From Octopus bimaculoides (taxonomy: Eukaryota), in assembly GCF_001194135.2 (NCBI RefSeq), contig NC_068983.1:123954709-124018708 (forward strand): 64,000 bases of DNA, in the 5' to 3' direction. The notes below the pieces were generated by a model. It had not been told where the DNA came from. It did not search any database and saw only the letters and a list, made by a program, of their open reading frames with translations. The translations under genes were made by a program, and so were the position numbers. Position 1 is the first letter of the stretch, and each line of letters begins with the position of its first letter. Shown piece by piece: positions 26,501 through 41,714 of the stretch.

Positions 26501-29500
26501 TCTGTCCCAAGTCCAAATTCTGCCAAGGTTGACTTTGCTTTTATCCTGTCAGGGCAATAAAAAAAGTACTAACCACATGCCGGGAAGATGATATAATCAA
26601 CTTTCCCCTATCATCATCATCATCGTTTAACATTTCCCCACCTTTCAAAAACTATTATTATTATTATTATTATTATTATTAAGGCAGTGAGCTGGAAGAA
26701 TTGTTAGCACACCACTACATTTGGTCTTTCATCCTTTCGGGGTCGATAAATTAAGTACCAGTTGATTACTGGGATCAATGTAATCAACTATCCCCTCCCC
26801 CAAATTTCAGGCCTTATGCCTATAGTAGAAAGGATTATTATTAAGGTAGTGAGCTGGCAGAATCGTTAGCATGCCAGGCAAAATGCTTTGCAGCATTTCA
26901 TCCATCTTTACGTTCTGAATTAAAAATTTGTCATAGTTGACTTCGCCTTTCATCCTTTTGGAGTCAATAAATTAAGTACCAGTGAAACACTGGAGTTCCA
27001 CTACTCTAAAAGGAAGAATAGAAGAGAGGGTGGTGACAAGTTGAACTAAGGTGAGGTTAAATAGAAGCAATGATTTAATAGGAGGAACCAAGTTATTGGC
27101 GTGAATGTATCAGAGAACAGGGATCTTTTACTGTTTGGCTGCCACTTTTCAATTTCTTCAATTTTTGTTCCAATTGATTTCATATTTAGTGTATTGGTGT
27201 AGCTTTCCATGGTAATCACTGATATGAAATTCATTTTCATCATAAGTCAATACATAAAAAGTTAACTTTTAAAGTTTGCAAATTTTGAATAATTTTAGCC
27301 AATCGAAAACCACAGACATACAGGTACCTGTTACCATAGTAACAAGCCAAGCTGTTACCAAGCTGCTTACACTCATGGTCATTTTTTTGTTTTTTAAATA
27401 CTTAAAATATATTAGGTGTGAAGTGGTCACAAAATGTGTTTAAAATAATAGGTAAATAGACCTTAAATCACACACTTTTTTTTTACATAATCGTATGAAT
27501 TCCCATGTGTAGAATACAAATTTGCAAAAATTTTGTGAAAATTCCCAAAAATAGAGGGTTATATGGCATGCATAAAGCAGAATTCCCCCAATATTTCATT
27601 TGTTTACAGTTGACAACATGTGCTGTCACACACAAAATGATAGCTTCCAAATCCTGTTTTCTGACTGAGTAAAAATTATCAAGCTTTAAACCTCTGTAAC
27701 TTTTTTTTTTAATTTTTCTGGAAAAAGTGAATTAGCCTTCAAGATTTAGCATGGAAAATTACATCAGTACACCAAATTTTAAAATTTTCACTATTCTTTA
27801 AAATTTCCACAGATGCAGCCAAACAGAAAAGATCTGAGAACAGCATAACAAAAGAGACAGCACTGAAGAGATTAATAGAAACAATAATGGGGAAATTAAT
27901 ACAAGACAGTAATGGGGGGGAGGGGATCAATGGAAGATAGAGACTAATGAGAAGAAAAGGTACTGATAGCAACTACCACTTTGATGGATGGAAAGAGAGT
28001 TATTGATAAATAGCTGTAGAGATGGGCAACTGCAAAATAGGAATATCAATCATGAACATTCTGGGGGAACAAGGAGTGGTGACCAGAAGAGTAACAGTGG
28101 GAAGAAAGATCTATCATTTTACAGGTAGTGTAATGGTGGTGAGAAGCAGAGTGATAAGGATAGAGGTTCAATGCTAACCCTCTCAAGTTATATGGCTGGC
28201 ACAGTATAGTAAATGTCAGAGGGTGATTGAAGAGGAGGTAAGTGACTGAGAAATGAGGTGTCAAAAAGACAGTGGGGAAGTGAGGAAAAGGAGACTGAAA
28301 GACGCACAAGGATGTCATGGAGGCAGAGAAAGCAGGTAAATAGGGTGAGAAGATCCTAGCCCCCACTGTTTACCACCCATTTTAGCATGCTTTACAATGT
28401 ACTGGCAGAGGAATGTGTTCCATCAATCTTACCTAGCCTTTATTGTATCTTTCTTAAGATTCAACATCTTAAGATTAGTCTTCTTCTTGTCCCTATGACT
28501 TCATAAATGTCTGCCTGTCTGTCTTTCTCTCTCATCTACCCTTGAAGGGTTCTATTAACTTTGAGTACTCTGTATTTTTATATAGCTGTCATTTATACAT
28601 ATCAATGTTCAAACCAATGCAGTCAATTCTGCATTCTACACCTTGATTGCACACACAATTTTTTTTTTTTTTTTTGCTCACCTCATTGGTATTTTAGTGT
28701 TCAAACACATTCAACATTACATATTCAGTAGAACTTATTCACTTCATTTCTTTACAGATTTTGAAAATCCTCTCTACTTAAATTCCATGTTCCACAAACA
28801 TGCAGTGTCACACTCTCTGATACATTTTGTTAATAAGACATCATGATAAATCACTCCATGATAGCTATGTCATGCATCAAGTAACTTCCTTTAAACTTAT
28901 TTCATGTATGATCAGGAGTTCAAATCTAACTAGATTAAGCCTTTGATACCAACATAATTGAGAACACTCATGGTTCTATGATTACAAACTTTCTATTCTA
29001 AATTGACCTCAAAACCTTCCATGAAAATTTCATGTTAATTTATCTTCCAAACACCAGATTAATAATGAAACTTATTTTTTTAAATTCTTCATTATCTTCA
29101 AAATTAACTTAAACCAAGGCAGTGTATGACAATAGAAATATGTTAACAAAATTTCTCCAGTATCCAATAGGCCCAATTATTTGACACTTCAGTATTTACC
29201 TAAGTGCAGTCACTGACAGCCAACATCTCTGTCATCATTTCAGTTGTAGCCAGTGCCAAAATATTTTGTGTCTGAATTTATCTACTTATATTGTTCATCT
29301 ATTAGTGAAAATGTCTTCTAATGTTAATAAATACAAATAAGAGCAACCGATTTGGAAAAGGTGTGAAAAGAAAGCATGTAACTGTTACATTGTATCCAGA
29401 AATTGAACTAACAGGGTTCGAAAAAAAGGTGAAAACCAGAACATTATTGTGCATAAATATAACACAGATTCTTCAACAATTTATAACATTAGAGAAAGTA

Positions 29501-31831
29501 AAAGTCAAGTTAATGATTTAGAGACAAGTTGATGTGTGGAATTATTAAAAAGACTCCCTTAGAACTAACAAGTTGAAGTGTGGAATCATTAAAAAGAATC
29601 ATTCAGAGCTAGCTGCAGTGTTGTTAAAGTGGTTTAATAGAAAGCTTCTAAGAGTATGTCAATATAAGGACCTGGCAATCATTGAAAATTTCATACAATT
29701 ACATGAAGATATGGATACCATGGAGACATATGTTGAGTTGTTTAGAAACTTTAAAATATGATACAACATTCATAAACTAAATTCATCCAGTGAAAAGAAG
29801 TTGGCAAATATTGATATTGCTGAAAAATACAGTTGCATATTTGATGACATGATTAAAAACTATAGTTTTGTTGCTTTAAGGCTGAGTTCTAATACACCAG
29901 TATATTTGATAATCTCGAACTACAAGAACTGGCTGAAAAGTTCATAGGCTGATTACAAAGGAGCTAAAGCTATGAGATCTTGCATGCATTAATTCAACTC
30001 TCTTTATCAATAACTGCACTGTTTCTTTCTTGCAAAACTGACATCCGACTGCTCAAAGAACTCTTCAATGGTTACTAGTAGCAACTTTTCTTGAAAATTG
30101 ACAAAATTTGGTATATAGTGTTATTAAGTACCTGCAGAAAAAGGTTTAATCCCTAACAACATTCACGCTGACATGGCTGCTTCATTAGGGGTGACACTCC
30201 AGCTTTATCAACAGTGTAAAAGTGGGCAGATGAATTTAGGAGGGGAAGGGAGAGTTTTGAACTATCACCTCCAAGGAAAACACTGATCGTGTTTGCCATA
30301 CTTGGCTGGGAACCAGTATCACAGTGAAGATGACATCATATCTACTGAAGATTTCTTTTGACCAACAAAATGACAGCACTGCAACACCAATGGAAGAAGT
30401 AACGTGTTGAAAAATAAATGGCATTTGGTCACATTCCATGAGAATGCCTTAGCCTATGAACTTTTCCTCTAACCCTCATAATGCTAGTCAATAGAAAAAG
30501 TGTTACAAGTGAATCTGATTTTCTTTTTATAATAGAATAATTTAGTTAATCCACTGTTTGGGTCAACTTATTTCTAGAATAATTACTAATTCCTTCACAT
30601 TAATAACAAGAAATTTACTACTCCTATCAACATATCACAATATGTGCCTCATACTTTATCACCATTTAGTAAAAATTGAATACATTTTGAAAGTTTCTGC
30701 CCTTCTGCATATTCTTGGGGAAATGTCCTATTTCATCCAAACCATTGAAAAGTTAAGCATGGGGCCAGTTTTATTTGTCAGTGAAAGTAGGAAAAAGAAA
30801 ATTAGGACCAGATGGAGAGAAATGAGTTTAACTCTGACAATTTCAGCAATATCTTTAAGTACAGGTTGCTAATTCTTTAAGTGAAATTCCATAATTCATA
30901 AACCTCTGAAATCCTCCAAAATCTGAAAGTTATTTTCCAAATGAGAAAGGTGTGAAAAATAGATAATTCAGTTGTTGTAATTCATGTGTCTAGTTAAGAA
31001 ATTAGATTTGCAGACATAATAGGCATATTAAAAAGAATTCCTGAAGTATGAAACATTCAGTCGAATTTAGATTAATCTGCAGACTAAGTGAAAAGTTAAA
31101 TGTAATTTAGATTAATCATAATTTATAGTACTTTAAAATAACAGATATTTAGCCAATATTTACTTTAAAAGAGGAAGGAGTATCATATGTATTATAACAA
31201 AGAACATTATAAAAAATAATAAAAATAGATGAACTCTAGACAGACTGTATACTTCAAGTCACCAAGCTCACCTACTACACAAAATTATACTTTATATTAA
31301 TGAAATGACTGACAGCATAAACAAATAAACAATAAAATAAACTTCAGTTAAATATGCTAAATCCCTCCTTAACTTATAAGGAGATGAATCAAAATATATA
31401 AATCTATACAGTATAAAATTAAATTTAAAAAAATTATCAATCAAAAATATTTAATCACAAATTTTAAAATTATGTGTAGTGAGAGAGTGTGCATGTGCAT
31501 GTATTTTGTGAAAAACATGACAATGTCTTTTCTTATCTAATCTATACTAACAGAGAACAAACATACAAGACTAAGCACCAGGGTGGATTGACAATATAAT
31601 GAACTCTGAAACAACTAATTACACTAATCTATAAGCTTTTACTGCAATGACTACTCATATAATCAATCAAAAGTACAAAGCTGGACAGCAAACATTCTCA
31701 CTGTTATATTATTACTTTCATAGTCAAATACTATATTACAGAATGTGCAGCATAGCACATTAGCATGGTGTTTGTGCATTGATAGTTTTGTCAGTTTCTG
31801 GCATATCAAGGTAACTCAAGTGTTTGGTATG

Positions 31832-31870
<39 letters not shown>

Positions 31871-34800
31871 TGCGCGGGTGGCACATGAAATGCACCATTT
31901 TGAGCGTGGCCGCTGCCAGTACCACCTGACTGGCCTTCGTGCGGGTGACACGTAAAAGCACCCACTACACTCTCTGAGTGGTTGGCATTAGGAAGGGCAT
32001 CCAGCTGTAGAAACTCTGCCAAATCAGATTGGAGCCTGGTGTAGCCATCTGGTTTCACCAGTCCTCAGTCAAATCGTCCAACCCATGCTAGCATGGAAAG
32101 TGGACGTTAAACGACGACGACGACGTTATACATGTGTAACAAGGTACTTAAAAAGAGTAGTGTCAGAATGGAGAGACAAACATCAAAATTATGATGACAG
32201 TAAAGATAATGAGATACATCTGAACTATATAATTATCAAATGTAATTACTTTTTGCCACTTCATGTGCATATATTTGGTTAAAAGCACAACTGAAAAGTT
32301 TAAAATTTGTCTGAAAACTCCCCATGTCCAAAAAGAGAGGTGAGGTGTTAGTTTTCCTAAACAGAGTAGTTGACAATGACCTCAGTTACACTTATAGTGT
32401 AAAACAGGGTTATTACCAGTAGACTATATAAATGGAAGAAAATGTGCAAAAACTGTTATATCCATAAATGTAAAGATAACCAGACTATTAAATCCACAGT
32501 TGATTTTATTTTCTACAATTAACTACTTCATACCCTGTATATGCTTGAAACAAACAGCACAATGGTGTAGATATAAATACCTCAAGAACACATGCATGCA
32601 TACACACACACATACATACCAACATCATGACCATGTTTAATGTTGGCATTAGTCTCGGTCTCTCATTTGGATAATGAGTGATCTCTGTGAAGTTCAGCAT
32701 TTAAGATCAAGGTTTATTATTTTTTCCTACTTTTACTGACAGATTACATTTTTGAAACTTTTACACAAAGCAGTACTGTTTATTGACAGTATATTAATAT
32801 GCTGTCTTTTCTGTGCAGTTTTGTAACTGTCAAATCAGAACCCAGTTTTCCATGCAAGTTCAGTTTTATACATCCAATAGGCCACACTCATATATTTTCT
32901 CTTCAGTGTATGCAGATACCACATATCTACATACATAATTGTTTACATATACATATCTGTTAGGTATAAAATCCAAAAGAACAAAGCGACACTTACTATG
33001 AAAAGGGAGGAGAGTAGATAATTATAACTCAAATAACAATTTGGCATTCCTGAGTGGTCACCTACAAAAGCAACTGACCAACTCTGAAGATGAAGTAGGA
33101 TCCATGCTGATAGTGCAATAGGACTATAAGAACCAAGAGGCAGGTAAGGGAAAAGTGAAAGAAAGGTGAAGCAAGAAACACTATAATTAATAAGTTTGTC
33201 AGAAAGTTTGATGCCAGGAATATATAGCCAGGAGGCAATCTGCTTGCCTTGTGAAAATATCAAGATTTTTGAATTGTGACCACATACCACTGAGAAGAAG
33301 TATATCCAAAACACTGTGACATTTATTCTCAGTGACATTAGGTGGGGAATGCATAGAGTGTCTTCTGTAAGAAGTTAAGCAGAATAGTAAGGAACTACAC
33401 CAAGTGAAATAGTAGATAAACCAGCTAACAATATTAGCTTCAGTAGAAATAGAAAAGCTGTGAAAAAAATGAACACAGCAAACCATCAAAGATAGTTGAA
33501 AGTACTTTTATCAGGTAGTACACTGAAACATCATCTCTATTGACTGGCATAACAATATCATCAACTGTTATAGGGAAATAGAGATTCATTATAAAGGGAA
33601 AGTTTAAAGATCTAAAATTCTTTGGGTAAATCTCAAAGGTAGCCAAGGTGAAATTTGATTATCAGACATAAACTACTGACTATAATTATTGAGACTATAA
33701 AAATAGTTCCAAACTCCTTGAATATATTTATATGCTGATGGGCTAGTTTTCACAGCAAAATCTGTTAAGGACTCGAAGAAAATGCTCTAAATCTAAAGAC
33801 CTGATTGAGTCCAATGACTTATGTTAAGATAATAAATAGTAAAGTTCTAGTAAAAGAAAGCATGAATCTGAGCTTTGCTGAATATGTAGGAAGGTAGTAG
33901 GTAGAAACTTGATATTATATACTCAATGCAAATAAATGAGTACATAAAAATTTCTGTACAATCCCTGATAGGAGTGACAGAACTCATGAAATAGTTGCAT
34001 GGGATTAATTAAATAAGTTTCAATGAAATGTCTATGTACAACTCACAAGGCAGTTGATAGTTTTTGTTTCCTTAATAGTGCTGAAGTTGGCTGAAGCAAA
34101 GTCTAGCAGCCAAGGTTAGAAAAGAAAGAGAAAAAAACAGTTCAAGGAATAATTGCATCTGATGACAACGTAGCTTTCTATCTTCATGCGAAAAGCTGAT
34201 ACTAGGAAGCATGAGTAAGTTGTGTAGATCTGAAAAATTTAGTGTAAATTAAGTCAAGCACAATTCAATGGATGTGTAATGATAACATGCATTAGAAAGA
34301 AAAGAAAAGAGAGCCTTAAGAGACACTGGAGAAAAATGATGTCAAATTCGACATGAGACAACATGTTGGTAAGAATACAAGAACAGCTGAGTGAAAGTGT
34401 GCTGTTAACAGAGGAAACAAAATAGAGAAAAATGTAATGAGTGTAAAAGGTGAGAAATCAACAAACTTCCTAAAAGACAGACAAGAGGCAGTTAATTATG
34501 GATAGACTGTACAGCAGATTTATCCAGCCCATGCAAAAATACAATGGCTGTTTATTAAGTTGAAAATAGTTGGGAATATATAAAATAAATGTATATAGAC
34601 ACACATTTATCAATACTTACATATATAAAAAATATCTAAGCATACACACGTACACATAATCATCATCCCACATGTACAAATACACACATACACACATGTT
34701 CAGAGTGTGTTTATCATTATCATCTTTATACATGTGCATAAGTGTGAATATATATGTACACACACATACACATATATAAATGTGCATATGTGTGTACAGC

Positions 34801-37800
34801 CACATGCATGGCTGAGTAGTTAAGAAGTCACTTTGCAACCATGTGATATTGGGCTCAGTCCCAATGCCTGATACCTTAGCAAGTGTCTCCTACTATAGTT
34901 TCAATCCAACCAAAACCTTGTGAATAGATCTGGTAGACAGAAACTATATATACATCATATATGTATCATTCCTTCATTTGTTCATTTAATGTTCATTTTT
35001 CAATGCTGGTATGACTGAGACAGATAACAGTTTCAAGCAGGATTTTACGGCAAGAAGCTCTTCACACCATCAGCTCTCACCTGGTTTTGCACGTAAGAAA
35101 TTTGTATATTCTACAAGTCTTTGAAACCATAGAGCAACTAGTTGTAATGTCAACAAGGAATGTTGACATTATGACTAGTAGCACAGCTACACTTGCATTG
35201 TAGCAAGTGAAATATCAAAAGTCATGTACATTTGCATATACACATACATACACACAAAATAAGCTTAGTACAGTTCCTATCAAATGAATTCACTCACAGT
35301 AACCATTGGTCCAAGCCATTAGAAGACACTACCCAAGGTGCAGGGTAGTGAGACTGAACCTAAAGCATGTGGTAAAAGAGCCAACTTTTTAATCACACAG
35401 ATGCGCTGGAGTGTATATGTGTTCTTGTCATGAAATCGCATGCTGATTGTAGACAAATGTCACCATCATATAAGCAATGATGTCCATTTGCAATCTCCTG
35501 TGGAAACATGTCTTACTGTCCTGCTGTGCATTCCTGAAGGACTAGGGAAAATATTACCTTACTTGGAAACAAGTGAGGGGTAGTGACAGGATGAGCATTT
35601 GGCCATCAAAAATCTGCTTCTACAAATTTTTTGTCTGGTTCAGTGAACCTTAATGACATGGAAAAGCGGACCTCAATATGACGGCAATTTTTGTATATAG
35701 ATGCAATTATGCATAATTTGCATGTATGTGCACCAAGTGCATGCACACACATATATAATAAAATAAACCAGACGACTGTTTTCTAAAATGCAACATTTTC
35801 AGAGGTAAGTGACAACCATGAACTAAATATCTACAAAGTATGAAGATATCAACTGAAGAGGATGACATGGTAATAGAATAGTATAATAGACAGAACCATA
35901 AAACCCGAGATTCAATGCTGAAATCATGGGGAAAAGGGTAGCAAAAAATATCAGGTTACTAAAAGAGAAGCTAGATGTCAGATATATCAGGTTAGATGTC
36001 AAAAGATGCAAGAGAGAAAGAGAGGGACAGTAAATAGATCTATAAAAGCAGTTGCCTATATAGTTGTGAAAACCATAGAGGATATGAAGGCAGGGAAAGA
36101 AACACCATCAACAAATAACAGCCAAAATACTGAAAATAATCTTTAAGAGTACAACATGTGTTAAGAGACTTATTCAATCAGGTACAACAGAAAGGTGCTA
36201 TACGCAATGACTAGCATAGCAGCTTTAAGTACTGCAGTACTGTATAATCCAGAGAAATACTAGAGGCATTAAATTAACAAACCAAGTTATGGAAATGACA
36301 GCAAGTGACACTGGCACAAGTGTATTTTGCATGGAACCAGCAGAAATGCATTTTATGTGGCATTGGCACCTGCATAACAAAGACCTCTCAGTTGGAAGAA
36401 GTAGTGAGGGCATGTATTTTTCTCATAGCAGCTGAGGATAACTGCAACAATAGTCATTGGGTATGGCATCACACAATTATCAAATTCAAGGATCAGTCCC
36501 TCTTTTCGGTCTACTTGCAGTAGGCTCTCTTTCTTTCTCATGCATTCTCCATATTCAGCAACTTTTCATAGTAGTATTTGCATATTGCTTTCTTTTCAGT
36601 ACTAGTGAAGACAAGTGTGCTATCAGTTGATACATAGTTTTCCCCAGTAATTTCTTGATTCTCTCTAATACATTACTTTGCAATCTGGAGCACAATACTC
36701 TGGTGCTGAACATATGCAAACCTCTTATTCTTGGTTTCTTTTCTGGCTAAGTACACCTACGAAGTTCCATCTACAAGAAAGGAAGCCCAAAGAAGACAAT
36801 GGAACAAGCAGTGCATTCTGCTCTCAAGCTGTTCGATCTTGTGGAAGAAATTTTCAAGGACTATAAATAAGTGACAGGCCACTACACTAGAATGAAACCA
36901 TAAAACAGATGGTGGCATGGAAAAATGAACAGATGATGATAGTGATGTGTGCATGCATATATATGTGCCTATATATGTAAATGCATGTGTATAAATTTCT
37001 ATTTTCTCAGTATGAAATTTTGTGTTTTGTAAATGTTCAAGTGATACCTATGTATAGATATGCATTTGTGAGCAAAACAGATGTATGTGTCTTTATACAC
37101 AGACATGTCTGTTATATACATCTATGCACGCATATACATGCTTATCTGTACACTCAGAACCATGTGCTATGCCTCAATTTTCTAAACCCTTTGACAGTGA
37201 AATTTCCATTGATAAATTGTTGGTTGGAATCAGGTTCATTGAAAACGTAAATGAAACCAAAAGCACAACAATCAAAATGCATAGTTTCTTATTTCATAAT
37301 TCCAGTTAACAATAAAGTCACTAAAGAATAAAGATTTTGATAACAAAAATAAATAATAATAGATATAAAACTATACATATGAAAATCAAATACCTATGGT
37401 AAATAAAACTGTATTATACTTCAGATTATCATCTCTATATAGCCAACAAAAAGAAATGAAACAAAAACAAACCATAACTTTGATGTATGCCTATTAACAC
37501 ACACACACACACTCACACACAGCCACCAGGCATCCTAAAATGATAACATTCGTAACATATTGTATATAATTATAGCCAACAGCCAATGGTATGATGTCCT
37601 CCACATTATTTTTGTGGTTCAACATGTAACCTCTGAAACAAGTTTATATTCAAGATAAAGAGTATAAGTACAATGCTATTGATAAAACTACAGTGTAACT
37701 AAATATAAAGAGAAAATTTCATTGATAAAATATAATAAAGGAGATTTTCAGCACAACTAAAAAGTATAAGTAAACCACATATTGACCTCCTGTATACATT

Positions 37801-40800
37801 AGAAAAACTGTGAAGAACTTTAACATTAATCATTTCAACACTTATAGATTACCACAAATAGCAAAAAAAGCATTAATCACCAAAATAAAAGATACAAGAG
37901 TGGAGAGATGCCATAAGACTTATCTAAAATAAATGCTGTTTCACATTATCAAAACAAAAAGATTCTTACCACAACATAATTGGATTCTCCCACATTGAAA
38001 ACTAGATTACTTACACACTGAAATTGAGATGCTCCAAAATAATTATTTACACACACACACACACACAGAGTAAGTTGACAAACAACAGAAAATAGCACTC
38101 AACACATTTGGTAGGAGTGAGATATATTTTTTAATAATAGTTTCTCTCAGCTCCATGTGACCATATAGGACAAACTCTTATCATCAGATAACAGAAGATA
38201 AACTCTTCTCCCAATTTCACGTGTATGTGTGTGTTCACAAATTTATATTACTTTTCACTATTTTCATCCATATTGCATATATCACTAGCAATGTTAAGTA
38301 AAAGATCATTCTCAAGAAATTACATACATCATGTACAAATGCCCACATAGCTGCCACACCTTGCACACAACAGTCATTAAGATTTAATACAAGCCCTTCT
38401 GAAGTTGCAGTACACTAACTAAAATATGACAGTCAAAATTATTCTAAACTAAAACTCTTCCTAAATAATATGCAATATTTAGCCTGTTTTCCTTTTGTTA
38501 ATTAAAACCTTATAAACATATTTTAACAAAGAAATAATAGTTATGTAAAAACAGGAATAATTTGAAAAAATATTTAAAATCTACTGATATCAATTATTTA
38601 AAACAATCCTTATAAAAATTTCTTAACATGACCCATATGGTCATGGTTTCAAATCTTACAATAATCATTAAACTGTATCATGAAGTAACTCTATCACGAA
38701 GTAAACTGTATCACGAAGTAACTTCATTTAAAATTTGTAGCTAACATGATAGTAATACTTGTCTGAAATATGGAAAGCTTTAATCTAAGTTGGAAAATTA
38801 GATGTGAAAGAGTGGGCTTCTACAGTTGCTCAGACAATTAAATACATCAGTTAAATTTTCATCAGCAAATTCAAGTCTTTGCATATTTAGCATACGATAG
38901 CTCTTGGTGATTCATAAAGATTTGATTGGCTGCTCAATGCCACAGAGTTAATAGATTAAGTAAGTTCATAGGGCCTACTCAACATAATAACTAGATTTTA
39001 AAAAAGAAATTTGAACTTAAATCTGTCGACCTTATTTTTCTTTCCAAAGATTAATTCATTTTTTAACAGGCTGTAACTGTAATATATTACTTTTCTCTCA
39101 AATTGTTTAACATACAAGCACTACACTAAATGCTGTCTAATTCCCAAATGTCCCAGAGAAAAGATCTGCTTTGTAAGAATAAAGAGTTACATGAGATAAC
39201 AAAAGCATCCACATAATCCACAACAATAAAAACATCTATGTACATACATAACTAAAGCAGTGATTGGCAGATAAGATTTACAAAAAGCACAACTATGTTT
39301 GATATAAAAGTTAGTGTTAAGACACACACACACACATACAACAAAAAGCAATACACAACATTTAATCAATGTTAAATCCAAGCATGCTTCTTCAAGTATT
39401 TAGCAAACTTAACACAGCTTACAAGCATACTGTGCTATGATACAACACATCTAAAGTTTTAGAGTACAATTTTTAATGATGAAATTTGATTATAAAACTT
39501 TCCTACCTGCATGCTCTCAGGATCCACCGACTGAGATCTTGGGGAGAGGAGATCACCTTGATTTGATCTAGGAGACATTCCTGGATGAACAGGATGCCTT
39601 AAAACTGATGCTGAAAATCTCATTTGCTCTGCTGCATTGGCAAAATTTCCTTTTTGTGATGACTGTGGTATCGGACCAGGTGATAGCAATGGCTTTTGTC
39701 CATAAGGGCTGTCTGGACCTGAAATTCCAGCTAAAGGACTATGAGCTGTTTTGAGAGCAGGTGTTATTGGTCTTGAGCCTGTTCCAGGAACAGAGAATGG
39801 ATCTTGACTCGATTGGCTATTAGCATCAGAAGAAAAAGAATCCATTGAATGATTTGGTGACGGATGAGATGATGTTGGTAAATTCTGCCAACTGCTGTAA
39901 TGAGGGTGTTGGAGTTCATGAGGTGAATGTTGCTTAGATAACTGAGATTGCTGCTGAACTAATGCCTGTTGTGCTATGACTTGCTGGGCCATAGCTTGCT
40001 TCTGGGCTTGGAGTTGCTGCTGCACAAGTACTTGTTGGTGGTGCTGAGGAGACATTCCAGAATGCTGCTGCTGCTGCTGCTGCTGCTGTGCCAAAACTTG
40101 CTGAGCAGCTAGTACCTGCTGCTGCTTTTGGTGTTGTACCAAAACTTGTTGTTGTAACAAACTTTGATGCTGCTGAGGAGTTAGCGGATGACCTTGTTGT
40201 TGTACAATTACCTGTTGCTGTTGCACTAAAGCTTGTTGTTGAGGACTCAGAGAAATTTGTTGAGTTAAAGCTTGTTGTTGGGCCATTGCTTTTTGCTGTT
40301 GAGCCATAGCTTGTTGTGCTAATGCAGCCTGTTGAGATATAACTTGATGTTGGTTTAGAGGTGACAACTGTTGTTGCTGCTGCTGCTGTTGCTGTTGTTG
40401 TTGTTGAACCAAAGCTTGCTGTTGTGCAATGGCTTGTCTTTGCTGAGCAATTTTGGCAAATTCTTGTTGCTTTTGCAACAAAACTTGTTGTTGAGTAAGA
40501 TTTTGCTGCTGAGTTAAAACCTGGTGTGTTGCCAATGACTGTTGTTGTGAGAGAGACTGTTGTTGAGTAAGTAATTGCTGATGAGCTAAGACTTGTTGAG
40601 GGTTGCTCAAAGCTTGCTTTTGCTGATGGACAATAGCCTGCTGTTGTTGTTGTGCTAAAGCATGCTGTTGAGCTAGAACCTGCTGTTTTTGTTGTTGTTG
40701 AACTAAAGCTTGTTTCTGCAATTGTTGTTGGGCTATTGACTGTGACTGTTGCTGTTGAACTAAAGCTTGCTGATGGGATGCAGCTTGAGCTAGTGCTTGT

Positions 40801-41682
40801 TGGTGTTGTTCTAATGCTTGCTGTTGTTGCTTTTGTGCCATTGTTTGCTCCTGTTGTTGCTGCTGTGACAAGCTTTGCTGATGAGCCAAACTTTGTTGTT
40901 GTTCTAAGCTTTGATGTTGATGCTGCTGTGACAGGGGTTGCTGTTGTTGTTGTGCCAAATTTTGTTGCTGTTGTTGTTGTGCCAAATTTTGTTGCTGCTG
41001 TTGATGCTGTTGTGCCAAACTTTGCTGCTGCTGTTGTTGGGCTAAATTTTGCTGCTGTTGAGCTAAACTTTGCTGCTGCAACAAAGCCTGCTGCTGTTGC
41101 ACAAGAGCTTGCTGCTGCTGCTGTTGTGTTAAACTTTGATGTTGCTGAGCTAAAGCTTGCTGTTGCTTTTGTTGGTGTTGAGCAATAGCTTGTTGTTGGG
41201 ATAAAGCCTGCTGCTGAGCAAATGCTTGTTGCTGTTGTTTTGTCAAAGATTGTTGCCGTTGCTGAGCCAATGCTTGTTGATGATCTTCTTCTAATACTTG
41301 TTTATCTTTTGCTAATTGCTTATCTAACAATTGCATTTGATCTTGTGACTGCTGTACTGACAACTGCTGCTGCAAATTCTGTGTCTGTTGTGGTTGTTCA
41401 TCTTTAATTAATTTTTGTTGTTGATCTTGTGAATGTACATTAGATTCTTGGTTTGCTTGTTGTTCTTGGATTGATTGCTGATTTTGTACCGGATTTATTG
41501 CTTGTTGTTGTAAAATTGCTTGCTGTTGTGATAAAGCTTGCTGTTGTTGAAGAAGGGCTAATTGCTGTTGAGGATTTCCAGATTGTTGTATTTGTTTCAA
41601 CTGAGCTAAAATTTGCTTCTGTTGTTTCAGTAACTGCTGCTGTTGTAATTGAGCGTTTATAGGTAAGGAATGTTGTTGTTGT

Positions 41683-41714
<32 letters not shown>

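Noticed and set aside
38672-38725. Short local tandem duplications (also about 20686-20716, 52500-52545, 58970-59005)
   Set aside because: Ordinary slippage products with no further structure.
40088-41662. Plus-strand V/A/L-rich ORFs (e.g. 40652..41188)
   Set aside because: Antisense shadows of CAA/CAG codons in the Q-rich exon.
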